Virus record (IMG/VR): IMGVR_UViG_2703718819_000022
Coordinates: 1-6,145 of that record
Length of the DNA stretch: 6,145 bases
Direction: 5' to 3' (one strand)
Source of the DNA: a virus
Lineage: Duplodnaviria; Heunggongvirae; Uroviricota; Caudoviricetes
Shown here piece by piece: positions 4,771 through 6,145 of this stretch (positions within the stretch are counted from its first letter, which is position 1; every line of letters starts with the position of its first letter). Position numbers and translations under genes: made by a program. The notes under the pieces were generated by a model. That model ran no database searches. It saw only the letters and a program-made list of their open reading frames with translations, and was not told where the DNA came from.

Positions 4771-5181
4771 TCAGAACTGAATATCATCACCGTAGGGGTC
4801 ATCGTCTCCCGCTGGTGGCTGATTACCCTGTGTGCCTGTGGTTTTGCGTCTGTTCCCGCCAGGACGTGCCGCACGGGCACTGATTACGCTGTCTGCAATA
4901 ACCTGATAACCCTGCCGCGTTTCCCCGTTCTGTCCGGTCCACTGGCTGACCTGCATCGTGCCGGATACGCTGGCAACGTCGCCTTTTTGATGTTTAGCCA
5001 GGAAGTCGGCCTGCTTACCAAATGCGATGACCGATAGCCATAACGTCGCCTGCCCATCCTGCGCCTGACTACATGGCAACGATACCGCCATACGTGCCAG
5101 CGTCATTGGTGTGCCCTTGCTGGTCTGTTTTACCTGCGGGTCGTCCACCAGCCGCCCGTAAGCTGCTATCTGTGCTGTCAT
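4771..5181 (-). CDS. ssb: single-stranded DNA-binding protein (136 aa)
   Basis: OB-fold-like core alignable by eye with E. coli SSB (WLSVIAFGKQADFLAKHQKGDVASVSGTMQVSQWTGQNGETRQGYQVIADSV vs [51 protein letters not shown]). Gly/Pro-rich linker and acidic C-terminal tip DDDPYGDDIQF (compare DFDDDIPF). GGAGAGG Shine-Dalgarno. Confidence 0.85.
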   Translation of the reverse strand: MTAQIAAYGRLVDDPQVKQTSKGTPMTLARMAVSLPCSQAQDGQATLWLSVIAFGKQADFLAKHQKGDVASVSGTMQVSQWTGQNGETRQGYQVIADSVISARAARPGGNRRKTTGTQGNQPPAGDDDPYGDDIQF

Positions 5182-5457
5182 GATTCCACCTCTCCGGTTT
5201 TAACGTTGATGGTTGTTACCTGTTCCGCTTCGGCAATCTCCCGCTCTGTCAGCGTGGCAAAATTTGCCGCCGTCGTGGTCATGAATGCGCTTATCAGTTC
5301 GGGATGTGCTTTCGCGTATCCTTCCCCCCGCGTGGCGGTCTATCGTTCTGATTGCCACCTTTAAAGCGTGCTCTGTCATGTCTAACGCGCGATATTTCGG
5401 TTCTGTTCTGTCTCTGCGTTTTTTGAGTGATTTGTTAAATCTTCCTGATGTGTGCAT
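5178..5457 (-). pseudogene. small gene immediately upstream of ssb, apparently split between two reading frames at a C6/G6 homopolymer (5324-5329)
   Basis: Frame 1 (track ORF 5200..5457, ATG at 5457) gives a plausible N-terminus (MHTSGRFNKSLKKRRDRTEPKYRALDMTEHALKVAIRTIDRH) and then low-complexity sequence. A second frame, open from 5339 to a TGA at 5178-5180, gives protein-like sequence (GEGYAKAHPELISAFMTTTAANFATLTEREIAEAEQVTTINVKTGEVES) and ends in an ATGA overlap with the ssb start codon. The two frames meet at the homopolymer. Confidence 0.4.
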
Positions 5458-5505
5458 TTTTATTTTTACCCTCGTGTTTAAAAAGTTTTAGGTTGTGGTG
5501 CACCT

Positions 5506-5729
5506 CCTCTACCTCTCTACCTAATCATCTTTCATGTCAGTAATGGCGCGGCTTTCAGATGGGTAGAGGGCTTTCGTGGCCCTCTACCCATCCTCTACCC
5601 GCCCCTCACAAACGATCTTAATCATGGTAGAAGAGGTAGAGAGGTTTTATTAGCCTTCTACCTAGCCCTCTACCCACTTATCATGTTGAATAATATGCGT
5701 TTATTTCATTCAGGTAGATGGGGTAGAGG
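5506..5729. repeat. iteron array, putative replication origin: at least 11 copies of CCTCTACC / GGTAGAGG in alternating paired orientation, separated by AT-rich spacers
   Basis: Copies read directly at 5506-5513, 5514-5521, 5562-5569 (inv), 5581-5588, 5592-5599, 5626-5633 (inv, degenerate), 5635-5644 (inv), 5654-5662 (degenerate), 5667-5674, 5713-5720 (inv, degenerate), 5722-5729 (inv). Includes a perfect 14-bp-arm inverted repeat GATGGGTAGAGGGC-N7-GCCCTCTACCCATC at 5558-5592. Lies directly after the C-terminus of the gene at 5744..6145. Confidence 0.7.
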
Positions 5730-5743
5730 GCTTTTACAAAAAA

Positions 5744-6145
5744 TTATAAAAACGCGTCACAATCATCAGTTGTAATTGCGTTGGTCTGCGTTACTCCCTT
5801 AACTCTCCGCGTAATATATTCATGTCCGTAAACTTTTGCCGCTGGCTTCATGGCCTTGCTGAACTCAGCCACGTTTAGCGGTTTGCTCCTGCCTGCGTAT
5901 GCCATAAACGCCAGATAGACGCGGTAAAGGCTGTTTCTGGTCGTGTACTTCACTGAATCGCCACCGCCGCCCATCATCAGGCCGCGTGCTTCCTCCAGAA
6001 AATTCAGGAACTGGCAAAACTCAATAACCGGATCCGTCTGTTGCTTTATTGCCAGAGCTTCATCACCGTCGCGCTGTTCCAGTAATAAAGCCCGTGCCTT
6101 TTCAGGGTCGGCAAAATTAGCCAGCAAGCGACGGATAATTACGGG
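5744..6145 (-). CDS. C-terminal fragment of a larger protein running off the right edge; putative replication initiator (primase/Rep-like) by position next to the iteron origin
   Basis: The reading frame is open to the window edge: the track start at 6127 is a TTG and the codons upstream of it (PVIIRR) continue in frame to base 6145. Stop at 5744-5746 immediately flanks the iterons. Function is inferred from synteny only. Confidence 0.5.
   Translation of the reverse strand, partial: PVIIRRLLANFADPEKARALLLEQRDGDEALAIKQQTDPVIEFCQFLNFLEEARGLMMGGGGDSVKYTTRNSLYRVYLAFMAYAGRSKPLNVAEFSKAMKPAAKVYGHEYITRRVKGVTQTNAITTDDCDAFL

Noticed and set aside
4761-4880. Extended 130-aa start of the gene downstream of ssb
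   Set aside because: The extension begins at a GTG and overlaps about 110 nt of ssb in another frame; the ATG at 4760 with a GAGGGGG Shine-Dalgarno just after the ssb stop is preferred.
4650-5037. Plus-strand ORFs 4650..4883 and 4744..5037
   Set aside because: Antisense shadows of ssb and the 90-aa gene.
5285-5491. 68-aa plus-strand ORF
   Set aside because: Antisense to the split gene upstream of ssb; no start context; runs into the origin region.
1-6145. CRISPR arrays, tRNA/tmRNA/rRNA genes, insertion sequences
   Set aside because: No regularly spaced identical repeats with unique spacers, no cloverleaf-compatible sequence noticed by eye, and no transposase-like ORF or terminal inverted repeats apart from the cos-containing repeats discussed.

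Overview
This window reads as the replication/packaging end of a lambdoid-related mobile element from an enterobacterial-type genome, most plausibly a phage satellite or PICI-like island rather than a complete prophage. Almost all coding is on the minus strand. Right to left: the 3-prime end of a putative replication-initiator gene running off the window, an iteron-rich origin, a small gene split across two frames at a C6/G6 homopolymer, ssb, a 90-aa unknown, back-to-back intrinsic terminators, then a consensus sigma70 promoter with operator dyads driving a four-gene operon (68-aa unknown, lambda gpE-like major capsid protein, lambda gpD-like decoration protein, 137-aa unknown) ending in an intrinsic terminator. 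Next come two inward-facing lambda-type cosN sequences (about 71-bp inverted repeats) with terminase-binding-like repeats between them and no terminase gene, then a 93-aa gene, a roughly 650-bp stretch packed with short palindromes and rearranged direct repeats, and an AT-rich 134-aa ORF on the plus strand. The best candidate for something undescribed is the combination of an orphan dual cos site, an autonomous replicon and a stand-alone capsid-plus-decoration operon with no portal, protease, scaffold or terminase nearby. All protein-family calls are by-eye comparison with sequences recalled from memory; no database search was run.
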